Positions 26,726 to 36,395 are shown, counted from the stretch's first letter. The stretch: 64,000 nucleotides of DNA from Minisyncoccia bacterium (GCA_049997875.1 JBEKRC010000001.1:14775-78774); one strand, 5' to 3'. Made by a program: numbers and translations. Notes: a model not told the origin generated them from the letters alone.

Positions 26726-27121
26726 CTACCCCCTCCGCCGCCTCCGGTGAAGCTGTTTTGATTTTTGCGTGATGGCAAAAACGGAAAGCACCATGATGTA
26801 ATCCGCAACGACCTCGGAATCAAGGACGTAGCCCCTGCCGCCGAAGAAAAGGGCGACAATGGCAAGCACAAAAATGAGCACGGTCCATGCAATGATAAAA
26901 AGTTCGCCAGGGTGGCGGCTGTCGTGGATGTCATACCAACGGTCAAACTCCTTCGTGCCCGCGTAGAGGGTAAGGACGCCGGCGTACACCGCGCTCAAAG
27001 GAAGAATAAACGGCTCGTACCGGTTGAATAAGAAAAAGTTCGCGACCACGAAGACCATAAAAACGACGGTCCATGACGTGCAAAGGGTGCTCCATAGCTG
27101 CTCGCCGCTGAAAGCTTTCAT
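26726..27121 (-). CDS. small polytopic membrane protein, hypothetical
   Basis: The 131-aa product has three or four predicted TM helices. Confidence 0.45.
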   Translation of the reverse strand: MKAFSGEQLWSTLCTSWTVVFMVFVVANFFLFNRYEPFILPLSAVYAGVLTLYAGTKEFDRWYDIHDSRHPGELFIIAWTVLIFVLAIVALFFGGRGYVLDSEVVADYIMVLSVFAITQKSKQLHRRRRRG

Positions 27122-28578
27122 TACTTCACAAAATACTTCTTTTTTATCTCTTCTTCCAGTCCTTCCTCAAATTCGTCTTTTGTAGTGCGGGCTTTTTCGG
27201 CAAGCTTTTTCAACGCCGCGTCGGAGAGTTTCCCCAACTCCGTGACGCGCACTGTCAAGTTTTCTTTAACATTCTTTTTAGGATCATCCAGCACCTCTTC
27301 AAGCAATATGGCAAGCACCCACCCCACGCGCTGTCCGGGCGGGATTTTTAAAATTTCCATCACATCGTCGCCGTTCACTTTGAGCATCTTCGGCGAGACC
27401 GGATCGTTCTTCACTTTCTCAATCATGAACATCAGGTGGCGGTTCTTATATGGCGTTGCTTTCGGCGCACCGGAGCCGATACGGTCTGCCTCGCGCACTT
27501 TGAAAAGATCCGGCACGGTTTCCGGTCCCACGCGCGCGAGGAACCGCCGCACGCCGCGCTCGGAGACCTCGCCCACGTTGTAATAGAACATATGGTAGCG
27601 CACGAGATGGGTCACTTGTTCTATGAATTCCTTTGAGAACCGCAAGCGATCCAGTGCTTTTGTTGTCATCTTCGCACTGATGAATTCGTGCTGATAGAAC
27701 GTGGAGTTGCGGCCCTCGCCCTGTTTCGCACGCGGCTTCCCGACATCATGCAAGAGCGCCGCCATGCGGATCACGAGCGGATAATCCTGCTTCGCAGCAT
27801 AGTCCAGCGACCGAACGCTGTGCTCAAACACGGTATAAATATGATGGAGATTCTGCCCGACGCCCAGTCCCTCGCGCAGTTCCGGCAAAACGTACTGCAG
27901 CAAACCAAGTTCTTCCAAAAGAATCATCCCCTTCGCCGCCTGCGGTGTCTCCAATATCTTTACAAGCTCGTCACGGACGCGCTCTTTTGCGATCATTTCA
28001 AGCTCGTGCGAAAGCTTTTCTATCGCGCGGCGCGTGTCCATTTCAATCTCAAAATCCAATTCCACCGCAAACCGCACCGCCCGCATAAGGCGCAATGCGT
28101 CTTCGCTGAACCGTTCCGCGGGACTCCCCACGGTGCGAATCACCTTTTTCTCCAAATCACCCTTACCCCCAAACGGATCATACACTTCCCCTTTCAGGTT
28201 CATCGCGAGCGCGTTCACCGTAAAATCCCGGCGGGACAAATCTTCCTGAATCGTTTTGGCGAATTTCACTTCGTCCGGATGCCGCTTATCCGTATACCTC
28301 CCTTCAATCCGGTACGTGGTCACTTCAATCACTTTCAGCTTCGGATCCTCCGATTCGGTTTTCACTCCCACCGTGCCGAACGCATTTTCATACACGCTCT
28401 CCGGAAAAAATTTCTGGATATCCTCTGGCAACGCGCTCGTCGCAATGTCCCAATCTTTTGGCTCCCGGCCCAAAAGCATGTCCCGCACGCAACCGCCCAC
28501 CAAATACGCTTCAAATCCCGCCTTTGCGAGCGCCAAGGCGACTTCGGAAACTTCCTTTGGTACGAGAAGTTTTGCCAT
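27121..28578 (-). CDS. cca: CCA-adding enzyme (tRNA nucleotidyltransferase with HD domain)
   Basis: GGCVRD nucleotidyltransferase motif, LLHDVGKP HD motif, and a strong SD site (GTTAAGGAG) before the ATG at 28578. Confidence 0.85.
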   Translation of the reverse strand: MAKLLVPKEVSEVALALAKAGFEAYLVGGCVRDMLLGREPKDWDIATSALPEDIQKFFPESVYENAFGTVGVKTESEDPKLKVIEVTTYRIEGRYTDKRHPDEVKFAKTIQEDLSRRDFTVNALAMNLKGEVYDPFGGKGDLEKKVIRTVGSPAERFSEDALRLMRAVRFAVELDFEIEMDTRRAIEKLSHELEMIAKERVRDELVKILETPQAAKGMILLEELGLLQYVLPELREGLGVGQNLHHIYTVFEHSVRSLDYAAKQDYPLVIRMAALLHDVGKPRAKQGEGRNSTFYQHEFISAKMTTKALDRLRFSKEFIEQVTHLVRYHMFYYNVGEVSERGVRRFLARVGPETVPDLFKVREADRIGSGAPKATPYKNRHLMFMIEKVKNDPVSPKMLKVNGDDVMEILKIPPGQRVGWVLAILLEEVLDDPKKNVKENLTVRVTELGKLSDAALKKLAEKARTTKDEFEEGLEEEIKKKYFVK

Positions 28579-28600
28579 CTCCTTAACTATAACGGAATTA

Positions 28601-29737
28601 CTACCGCACCGTTCCGCCGAACTCCCCGGCAGTCTTTTTTTCAAGCGCGTGATGCATCACGTCCACCTCTGCGTTTGTAAGCGTCCGCTCGTTGCTCCGA
28701 TAGACCACGCGGAAGGTGTAGCTTGTTTTCCCCGCGCCGAACTTTTCCGGATTTTCATACTTATCAAGCAATGCAACCTCCTCCACAAGGTCGCCGCCGA
28801 TATCGCGGATCACGTCAAAATAATTGTTCGGCACAAAGTCCGCACCGACGACAAAAGAGATGTCGCGAGTGACAGGCGGGTACTTGCTTACTTCTTTATA
28901 AGCATTGCCTAAGCGGAGCTGGCGCGTCACGCGCGAATCCGCAGACCACAAAAGCCGGATGTCGGGAAGCTGCATGCTCAAGATTGCGAGCCGCTCCAGG
29001 CCAAAGCCGAACGCCCAACCGTTCCAGATGCGCGAATCAATACCGAAGTTATCCAAAACTTTTGATTGCACGACGCCGCTTCCCAAGACCTCCACCCAGC
29101 GCCCGCCTACTTCTATCACCATCTCCAAGCTCGGGTCCGTGTACGGGAACGTATCTTTATTGAAACGATACTTGATGCCCGGCCCGTAAATCGCCTGCGC
29201 GATTGTTACCAAAACGGCTTTCAGATCTTCCAAGCCGATTTCTTTTTCCTCCCGGCGGCAAAGATACCAACCATCCATCTGGTGGAATACGTTCATGTGC
29301 TCGCGGTCTATTTCATCCTTGCGGTACACCTTGCCATAGCACAGCGCGCCAACCGCTTTCCCCTGCCGTATTTTTTCTTTCACCGCAGAAAGGCCGAGCC
29401 AGTAGTACCACATGATCGTGGTGTGCGTGCGCAAAATGTAGTCGTCGTTCACGTAGTACGTATCGGAGCGGCTGCGGGCGGGATGGTCGGGCGGGAAATT
29501 AAAAAGGTCAAAACTCTCCCGCGCCGGCACGATCTCCGGCACCTGCACAACGTCAAACGCCTTGAAATCCGGGAGCGCCACGATGCGCCGCACAATCTCA
29601 TAAATCGGGCTCCCCTTCGTACGCGAAAGGTCCGGCATCCGCATGAACCGCAGCATGCGCGCCGCTTCCGCGTCGCTCCGTTTTTCTATCTCCGCGCGGA
29701 GCCGCTTTTCCTCCGGTGCCGCGATAACAAGTTCCAT
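28601..29737 (-). CDS. phenylalanyl-tRNA synthetase, monomeric mitochondrial-type (PheS-like catalytic core plus C-terminal FDX-ACB anticodon-binding domain)
   Basis: FNFPPDHPARSRSDTYY (motif 2), GWAFGFGLERLAIL (motif 3), then SKYPPVTRDISFVV...FDVIRDIGGDLVEEVALLDKY...KTSYTFRVVYRSNERTLTNAEV, which is collinear with the human FARS2 C-terminus. There is no bacterial N-terminal coiled coil. Confidence 0.8.
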   Translation of the reverse strand: MELVIAAPEEKRLRAEIEKRSDAEAARMLRFMRMPDLSRTKGSPIYEIVRRIVALPDFKAFDVVQVPEIVPARESFDLFNFPPDHPARSRSDTYYVNDDYILRTHTTIMWYYWLGLSAVKEKIRQGKAVGALCYGKVYRKDEIDREHMNVFHQMDGWYLCRREEKEIGLEDLKAVLVTIAQAIYGPGIKYRFNKDTFPYTDPSLEMVIEVGGRWVEVLGSGVVQSKVLDNFGIDSRIWNGWAFGFGLERLAILSMQLPDIRLLWSADSRVTRQLRLGNAYKEVSKYPPVTRDISFVVGADFVPNNYFDVIRDIGGDLVEEVALLDKYENPEKFGAGKTSYTFRVVYRSNERTLTNAEVDVMHHALEKKTAGEFGGTVR

Positions 29738-29842
29738 TCTTCTGATGGTAGCAAGATTGCAAAACCCGTGCAACCAAAACGAATGATAACTTTTTAATCT
29801 GTGCGCGGGCCTGGACGATCTTCGAACGATGCTTCCGCGAGA

Positions 29843-30331
29843 CTATTTCTCAACAAACCGTCCGTCTGCTCGTTTCTGGCACTTATCCCATTCATAAACC
29901 CTGCCGTTCATAGCAATGTAAACACCCTTATTCAAAACATTCAGCGCACCGATCGCTACGCCGATGTTAAATTCCGCGTCTGAATCCTTGAAGCGGAATG
30001 GTTGAGAAGCACCAGTTAGCACGATCGCCTTGTCACGAATATCGCTCAATGCTTTTGCTGTTTCGATCATAGTGTCCGTCCCATGCGTGATCAGAATTTT
30101 ATCGGCGATGGATCCTTCGCAAGCCCTCTTGATAAGCTGCCTATCCTCGTCATTCATGTCTAAGCTATCTTTTGCCAAAAGCCGCTCAATATCATACTCG
30201 AAGTTCAATTTGACCTTCTCCTCGCCCATGACCCGTATCGCTTGCTTCCCAAATGAAAAGTTAAGCGTGCCCTTTTCTTCTGAATAGATCTTATCGATTG
30301 TGCCGCCAGCCGTAAAAACCTTGATTTTCAT
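29843..30331 (-). CDS. asparaginase-family N-terminal domain protein (163 aa, stand-alone)
   Basis: VFTAGGTIDK, ITHGTDTM and VLTGASQP motifs of L-asparaginase/GatD domain 1. The C-terminal domain is absent. Confidence 0.6.
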   Translation of the reverse strand: MKIKVFTAGGTIDKIYSEEKGTLNFSFGKQAIRVMGEEKVKLNFEYDIERLLAKDSLDMNDEDRQLIKRACEGSIADKILITHGTDTMIETAKALSDIRDKAIVLTGASQPFRFKDSDAEFNIGVAIGALNVLNKGVYIAMNGRVYEWDKCQKRADGRFVEK

Positions 30332-30389
30332 AGTTTTGATTCTAACTGAATTTAAAGATGAACTCAAATGTATCTATTCTAGATTTTTG

Positions 30390-30462
30390 TGCCGGCGGCA
30401 GGATTCGAACCTGCGACCTCGGCCTTATGAAAGCCTCGCTCTGCCACTGAGCTACGCCGGCT
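30390..30462 (-). tRNA. tRNA-Met/Ile2 (CAU)
   Basis: GCCGGCGUAGCUCAGUGGCAGAGC...GGCUUUCAUAAGGCC...GCAGGUUCGAAUCCUGC...CGCCGGCA. G1-C72 is paired, so it is not an initiator. Confidence 0.8.
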
Positions 30463-30770
30463 CAAGCACTACTATAATGCGAAGGTTTTCTTTTCTCAAG
30501 GGCATCTCGGAGCCACGGCGGCTTGAGGCGACCTTCAGGTCGCCTGCCGTGGCGAGAGCGAGGCGTCGCTCGCCCGCCGGAGCGAGCGACGCCGTCCCTT
30601 TCGGGAGGAAGACCGTAGCTTGTTGCGGGGGCCGGAATCGGACCGGCTTCGGGAGCTTATGGGGCTCCCCGGAAAACCATTCCCAACCCTCCCGCGCGAT
30701 TGACACAAAACGCCCGTCAACCAATTCTAAATAACTTTTTAATACATTGTCAAAAAAGGCGAAGGGTGTG

Positions 30771-32060
30771 ATGATAACAATAATGAAGGTTGGGCTTCTT
30801 GGTTTTGGCCGTGAGGGACAATCGCTCTTGAAGTTTATAAAAGCCAAGCGCGGGTTCCACGGCGCAGAAATTTGGGTGCTGGACCGGAACAAAGCCACGA
30901 AGGTTCCGAAGGGAGTTCACGCGCGGCTCGGCAGGAATTATCTTGCGCACCTTGAGGATTTTGACCTTGTGTTGCGCTCTCCGGGCGTCCCCTATATGCT
31001 CCCCGCGCTCGTGCGTGCGCGGCGAATGGGCGTGCCGCTTTCCAGCTTGACGGCGCTCTTTTTTAAATACTGCCCGGCGAAGATCATCAGCATCACGGGG
31101 ACCAAGGGCAAGGGCACCGCGGCGACGCTGCTCTATAAAATACTCAAAGCCGCCCGCCGCGATGCCTATCTTGCAGGCAACGTGGGCACGCCGGCGCTTC
31201 TCGTCCTGCCGAAGCTTAAAAAAACTTCACTTGTCATCCTTGAACTTTCCAGCTTCCAGCTTCAGGACCTAAAAATTTCCCCGCCCATCGCCGTTATTCT
31301 TGACGTGTTCCCCGACCATCAGGATGCACACAAAAATCTCAAGGAATATTACGAGGCGAAGACCAACATTGCGCGATTCCAGTCGCCGCGTGACAGAATT
31401 TTTTTCTTCAAGAACGACCGTATGAGTGCGTGGACGGCGCGCCATGGGCGCGGCAAAAAGACCGCCGTGGACGAAAAGCGTTTCAAGCTTTTCGCACCGG
31501 AAGACCTTGCGATGCCCGGCTACCATAATTTCAAAAACGCCGTAATGGCGGCAATCATCGCACGCGCCCTCGGCGTCCCGAACCGCGCAATCACGCACAT
31601 TGTAAAATCGTTCCCGGGCAACGAGCACCGCCTTGAATTTGTGCGAAAGGTCAATGGCATCGCGTTCTATAACGATTCCGCCTCAACGAACCCGCAAACG
31701 ACCGCCGCCGCCGTGCGCGCATTCCCCGGCCAGCCCGCGGTTCTCATTGCGGGCGGGAAGGACAAAAATCTGGACTATGCACCCCTTGCGCATGCGCTCA
31801 AGAAAGCGCACGTGGTTCGCGCGGTGCTTTTCGGAGAAAACAAGAAAAAGATACGGCACGCCATCCGCGCCGCAAATGTCGGGCTCGCGCCGAGTCTTCG
31901 CGCTGCCGTACGCATCGCCTATCATGCAGCCCGATCAATGCCTCGCACCGACAAATCGCCGGTTGTTCTTTTCTCTCCCGGCGCAGCGAGCTTTGACCAA
32001 TTCGCGAATTATGCCGACCGCGGCGAACAATTTAAAACGCTCGTCCGAAAATTGAAATAA
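30771..32060 (+). CDS. murD: UDP-N-acetylmuramoylalanine--D-glutamate ligase
   Basis: VGLLGFGREG Rossmann N-terminus, ITGTKGKGT Mur-ligase P-loop and a C-terminal Mur ligase domain. The ORF opens at a TTG at 30747; the ATG at 30771 is preferred. Confidence 0.85.
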   Translation: MITIMKVGLLGFGREGQSLLKFIKAKRGFHGAEIWVLDRNKATKVPKGVHARLGRNYLAHLEDFDLVLRSPGVPYMLPALVRARRMGVPLSSLTALFFKYCPAKIISITGTKGKGTAATLLYKILKAARRDAYLAGNVGTPALLVLPKLKKTSLVILELSSFQLQDLKISPPIAVILDVFPDHQDAHKNLKEYYEAKTNIARFQSPRDRIFFFKNDRMSAWTARHGRGKKTAVDEKRFKLFAPEDLAMPGYHNFKNAVMAAIIARALGVPNRAITHIVKSFPGNEHRLEFVRKVNGIAFYNDSASTNPQTTAAAVRAFPGQPAVLIAGGKDKNLDYAPLAHALKKAHVVRAVLFGENKKKIRHAIRAANVGLAPSLRAAVRIAYHAARSMPRTDKSPVVLFSPGAASFDQFANYADRGEQFKTLVRKLK

Positions 32061-32087
32061 TCCTGCGTTCGGGCTAGAATGCAAAGC

Positions 32088-32381
32088 ATGGCATCCGCAA
32101 TTACCAAGCGCGAACTGGAACACTTGGCGAAGCTCGCACGCCTATCGCTTGATCCGAGGGAAGAGGAAAAACTTTTGAAAGACCTGGGCAGGATCCTGGA
32201 TTATTTCAAAGAACTGCAGGAGCTTGACACAGCGAACGTCGCGCCAATGACCGGCGGGACGGATCTGCGCAACGTGTTCCGCGACGACAAGGAGCGCGAG
32301 AACACAAACCGCGGTGCGGGCACGGAGGCGTTCCCCGAGAAAAAAGACGGCTACCTCAAAGTGCCGCCAGTGTTTGAATAG
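32088..32381 (+). CDS. gatC: Asp/Glu-tRNA amidotransferase subunit C
   Basis: The roughly 97-aa product (ELEHLAKLARLSL...EEKLLKDL) lies immediately upstream of gatA. Confidence 0.8.
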   Translation: MASAITKRELEHLAKLARLSLDPREEEKLLKDLGRILDYFKELQELDTANVAPMTGGTDLRNVFRDDKERENTNRGAGTEAFPEKKDGYLKVPPVFE

Positions 32382-32397
32382 CACAGCCAATTACGCC

Positions 32398-33861
32398 ATG
32401 GAACTCCTCCGCGATCTCACCATCAAAAAATTCCACGAAGGGTTGCTCAATAAAGAATTTTCCGCGCTTGAAATCACGCAAGCGTACCTCAAGCAGATCA
32501 AAGAGCGGGACAAAAAGATCGGCGCCTATCTGAGCTTGGCGGAAGAATCGGCGCTGCGGCAGGCGGAAGCGGCGGATATCGCACTCGCAAAGAACGAGGA
32601 GTTTGGCGCGCTCGCGGGCGTCCCTCTCGCAATCAAAGACGTCATTTTGATCAAGGGCCAACCGGCGACCGCGGCATCAAAGATCCTTGAAAATTACGTA
32701 GCCTCTTACGACGCGGGCGTCGTTCAAAAATTAAAAAAAGAACGGGTAGTGTTCCTCGGAAAAACAAATCTGGATGAATTTGCGATGGGGGCCTCCACCG
32801 AAAATTCCGCGTTCCAGATCACCCATAACCCGCACGATCTCGAACGCGTCCCGGGAGGCTCTTCCGGCGGCTCCGCGGCGGCGGTCGCAGCGCATCTTGC
32901 CATAGCTGCGCTCGGGTCCGACACCGGTGGTTCCATCCGGCAGCCCGCCTCGTTCTGCGGCGTCGTGGGTCTCAAACCAACTTATGGCACTGTCTCGCGC
33001 TCCGGTCTTATGGCGATGACCTCAAGTCTGGACCAAATCGGGCCGCTCGCAAAGACCGTAGAAGATGCTGCAACCCTCTTTAAGGCAATCGCGGGCCAAG
33101 ATCCGATGGACGCCACGAGTGCCCCCGTCCGGTACGGCGACGAACTCACGCATCCGAACTTTGAAAAAATAAAATCGCTCACGATCGGACTGCCGGATGA
33201 ATATTTCGTAGGCGGCATTTCGCCGGAAGTGCGCCGCGCGATGGAATCCGCCATTCAAAAACTGAAGGGCCTTGGTCTGCAATTCAAAAATATTTCTCTC
33301 CCGTACACAAAATACGGCCTGGCGTGCTATTACATCATTTGCCCCGCCGAGGTGAGTTCCAACCTCGCGCGTTTTGACGGCATCCGCTATGCCCGGAGCG
33401 TAAAAAACGCTGGCGCGAAAGAAGAATCCTTGAATGAACTTTATCTCCGACAAAAGGGAATGGGCTTCGGGCCAGAAGCCAAACGACGGATCATTCTCGG
33501 AACTTTCGTGCTCTCCTCGGGATACTACGACGCCTACTACGAGAAAGCCCAAAGAGTGCGGACGCTCATCAAGCAGGATTTTGATGAAGCATTCAAGACA
33601 GTGGATGTCATTCTTACTCCGGTCGCTCCGACGCCAGCGTTCAAAATCGGCGAAAAAGTTGATGATCCCCTCACCATGTATCTTTCGGATATTTTCACCG
33701 TTCCCGTGAACTTGGCGGGACTCCCCAGCCTCTCGATGCCCGTCAAGCCCTATCCGTACCCCGATCCATCAAAAGAACTGCCGATCGGCTTCCAACTTAT
33801 TGGAAAAAAATGGCGCGAGGAAGACATCCTCGGCCTCGGCCAGCTTTACGAAAGAAGTTGA
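32398..33861 (+). CDS. gatA: Asp/Glu-tRNA amidotransferase subunit A (amidase signature)
   Basis: GGSSGGSAAAVAA...GSDTGGSIRQPA amidase signature. The ATG at 32398 follows the gatC stop by 16 nt. Confidence 0.9.
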   Translation: MELLRDLTIKKFHEGLLNKEFSALEITQAYLKQIKERDKKIGAYLSLAEESALRQAEAADIALAKNEEFGALAGVPLAIKDVILIKGQPATAASKILENYVASYDAGVVQKLKKERVVFLGKTNLDEFAMGASTENSAFQITHNPHDLERVPGGSSGGSAAAVAAHLAIAALGSDTGGSIRQPASFCGVVGLKPTYGTVSRSGLMAMTSSLDQIGPLAKTVEDAATLFKAIAGQDPMDATSAPVRYGDELTHPNFEKIKSLTIGLPDEYFVGGISPEVRRAMESAIQKLKGLGLQFKNISLPYTKYGLACYYIICPAEVSSNLARFDGIRYARSVKNAGAKEESLNELYLRQKGMGFGPEAKRRIILGTFVLSSGYYDAYYEKAQRVRTLIKQDFDEAFKTVDVILTPVAPTPAFKIGEKVDDPLTMYLSDIFTVPVNLAGLPSLSMPVKPYPYPDPSKELPIGFQLIGKKWREEDILGLGQLYERS

Positions 33862-33896
33862 TGCTTACCGCTACGCGGGGGCGCGAATACGGGGCG

Positions 33897-34913
33897 CTAA
33901 GGGGCGGTGGAACTGCTTGTGGTGGTAGTGCTGGTGTTCACTGTGACGATGGCGGAACCATTGACCGCAGTCACTGTCATATATGGCGAACCAGGCACAT
34001 GGGTTCCCACGAGTGACACCGTACTCGTACCGTTAAGGAGCGGCTTCAGCGCCGCGGTAACATTAGCATCTGTCGCATTTTTCACATAGACGACAACGCC
34101 GTACTGCGTCGTAAGAGCATATGATGATTTTCCTCCCGTGAGCGTACCGCTCACTGAAACGGTCTCACTCGCGGGCGTGCTGGAAGAAAGCGGTGGCACC
34201 GCGGCGAACGAAAGATTGGTGAGGAGGTTGGCGTTCTCTCCCGTGAGCGACGCCACCTGCGCCGTGAGCGCGGTGTTTGAGGCGTCAAACGTTTGAACCT
34301 GGGCATTCAAAGAAGAAATGCGCGATGCCACATCGGCACTTTGAGCACCAAGCGATGCAACCTGCGCCGCAAGACCATTGTTTTGGAAGTAAAGATATCC
34401 CGCGAGGGCGCCGAGGACAACGATGATGATTATGCCGATGATCATCATAACGATAACGCGACCGCTTTTGGACACTCCTCCGGTGCGCGTGGGATCAATC
34501 GGGGAATTTTTCTGAACGGCACTCTTCGTCGAGCGGGCGGCAGGAATCGTGGCCGCACTCACGCTCGCGGAAACCAAATCGCTCATTCGTATAGTCTGCG
34601 GCTCCACACCCTTCGCCGCACCGCCGCCCGCCACAGACGGGGAAAGGCCGGCCGGGGTGGTAGATGACATCGGCTTTGGCGAAGTCCCCGTTGATATCAC
34701 GCTTGACGGCGTTGCAGTCGCAGGTGTCGTACTTGCAATCACGGTGGGCTTGCCCGCGCCCTCCACCTTTTTAAAGGTATCCTCCACGTCCGCTACCGCC
34801 CATCCGGCACCGATGAGCGCCGCCTTGATCGTCTCGCGCGAAACCCCAAGCTTCATCTGTGACAAAATGTACTCAACAAGCTGGTCCTGAACCATGCTCT
34901 CATTATACAACAT
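33897..34913 (-). CDS. hypothetical membrane protein with a Ser/Thr/Ala-rich extracellular region
   Basis: Globular N-terminus, central TM segment and a low-complexity S/T-rich C-terminal half. The start is uncertain (34913 or 34895). Confidence 0.45.
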   Translation of the reverse strand: MLYNESMVQDQLVEYILSQMKLGVSRETIKAALIGAGWAVADVEDTFKKVEGAGKPTVIASTTPATATPSSVISTGTSPKPMSSTTPAGLSPSVAGGGAAKGVEPQTIRMSDLVSASVSAATIPAARSTKSAVQKNSPIDPTRTGGVSKSGRVIVMMIIGIIIIVVLGALAGYLYFQNNGLAAQVASLGAQSADVASRISSLNAQVQTFDASNTALTAQVASLTGENANLLTNLSFAAVPPLSSSTPASETVSVSGTLTGGKSSYALTTQYGVVVYVKNATDANVTAALKPLLNGTSTVSLVGTHVPGSPYMTVTAVNGSAIVTVNTSTTTTSSSTAP

Positions 34914-35188
34914 CAAAACGCGCGCAAGGACGAGCAATCCACAGGGCAAGCAAACGCAAAACCAATCGCGACCATCCCGATCTCCCAAACTGCTGTCCGC
35001 CCCTTTGCACTACAATGTGCACCACTATCCGCGACGTTCGAACTTTTTTCAGGACGGAACCCTTGATAGAGATCTCATGCCTGCCTGAAATATCCCTTGC
35101 CCACTGAGCGGGATTGTTACTATCTTACTCTCAGAACTCAGTTTGAAAAGGTAGGGTTATTTGCCGTGGGGGCGGCTTCTCGACGAAT

Positions 35189-36304
35189 TTGAGTAATTTG
35201 TTACAATATAATAAACGTGTGGAACAAGATTTAACCATCCAAACGCCACCACCTGCGGTGGAACCTCCGGAAATCAATCGGTGGAATTGGGGAGCTTTTT
35301 TTCTTACTGCGCTGTGGGGCATCGCACACAGGGTTTGGTTCCCCTTGCTCGCGGTTTTGCCTGTGGTGGGTATACAACTTGCTTACCGGATGGCCTCCGG
35401 CACCACCGAAATCATGCTGGTTGTTTTGTTTGTTGTCTTGGAATTGATCATCGCCCTTGTCTCCGGCCATTATGGCAATCATTGGGCATGGCAAAAGAAG
35501 CATTGGCTGGACGTTGCAACATTTCAGAGTACTCAAAAGAAATGGGCAAAAGGAGGATTAATTTGCTTCATCATCGGCCTCATTGGGATTGGCGCAAATT
35601 TAACCCTGTCTTATTCCCTCTCTCGGACGCTCTCACAAAATGAGGGGTTGATTCCCAGCCAACAAGCAGTGCTGCCGGCAGATTTCCCCAAGGCTCTTAT
35701 TTTGGATAGCGCGTTCCAGCTGATAAATGCCGGTTCTGATGCCAGCGGGCAGGGTTCGGCAGTTATATTCGTGAGCACGCGAAGCTTGAGCGACCTACAA
35801 GACCTCTACCAGAGTTATTTTAAAAACGAAGGGTACTATCTATATGACCTTTTGGGCGGTGGATATCTGAGCGAGTTCTATGGAGTTGACCAAAAAGACA
35901 ACAAGACTATAGACATCATACTTGAGGATGTGTCCGGCAATCAAACCAGGCTCACGATAGACATCAGGCCCTCACTCATTGATAGTTTCCCTAAGGCTCT
36001 GTTATTAGATCCAGGCGCGGTCATCATACAGTCAGAGTATCAGCCGGACGAACCCTTATATTCTGTCCAGTTCAAACCATCATTGGATGATCAACAGTTA
36101 TACAATGCATACATAAATTACTTTACTAACCATCAGGTAAATTGTTCGCCGCTCCCACCGCAACCGCTTTCGGCGAACTGGACATTGACCTGTTTGGTTA
36201 ACCGATCATTCAACTCGTATTTCATCCACGTGAATAAGGAAAGTGACGGTACTGTTTGGGTCACAAGCGAAACTGCCGACATCAGCTCGCCATCTCTGCA
36301 ATAA
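35189..36304 (+). CDS. hypothetical membrane protein (lower-GC gene)
   Basis: The 371-aa product has an N-terminal NWGAFFLTALWGIAH TM pair. TTG/GTG are the only candidate starts. The sequence is noticeably AT-richer than its neighbours. Confidence 0.45.
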   Translation: MSNLLQYNKRVEQDLTIQTPPPAVEPPEINRWNWGAFFLTALWGIAHRVWFPLLAVLPVVGIQLAYRMASGTTEIMLVVLFVVLELIIALVSGHYGNHWAWQKKHWLDVATFQSTQKKWAKGGLICFIIGLIGIGANLTLSYSLSRTLSQNEGLIPSQQAVLPADFPKALILDSAFQLINAGSDASGQGSAVIFVSTRSLSDLQDLYQSYFKNEGYYLYDLLGGGYLSEFYGVDQKDNKTIDIILEDVSGNQTRLTIDIRPSLIDSFPKALLLDPGAVIIQSEYQPDEPLYSVQFKPSLDDQQLYNAYINYFTNHQVNCSPLPPQPLSANWTLTCLVNRSFNSYFIHVNKESDGTVWVTSETADISSPSLQ

Positions 36305-36368
36305 GTTTGTGCCCAGAACGCAACCAAAAAATCGAAGAATGCTATGCGGCGACAACTCTTGCATGAAG

Positions 36369-36395
36369 AACCCCACCCTCACGGGTGGGGTTGAA
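36369..36395 (+). terminator. stem-loop terminator candidate (ccccaccc-tcac-gggtgggg) downstream of the 35189-36304 gene
   Basis: An 8-bp GC stem followed by ttgaaatcat. The U-tract is weak. Confidence 0.4.

Noticed and set aside
27688-28680. 330-aa plus-strand ORF opposite cca
   Set aside because: It is antisense to the CCA-adding enzyme gene, which has clear nucleotidyltransferase and HD motifs plus a strong SD site.
30300-30898. ORFs 30300..30734 (+) and 30452..30898 (-)
   Set aside because: They overlap tRNA-Met and the murD start, lie in a GC-rich hairpin-dense region, and are Arg/Pro/Ser-rich low-complexity translations. The region is more plausibly a structured RNA or leader.
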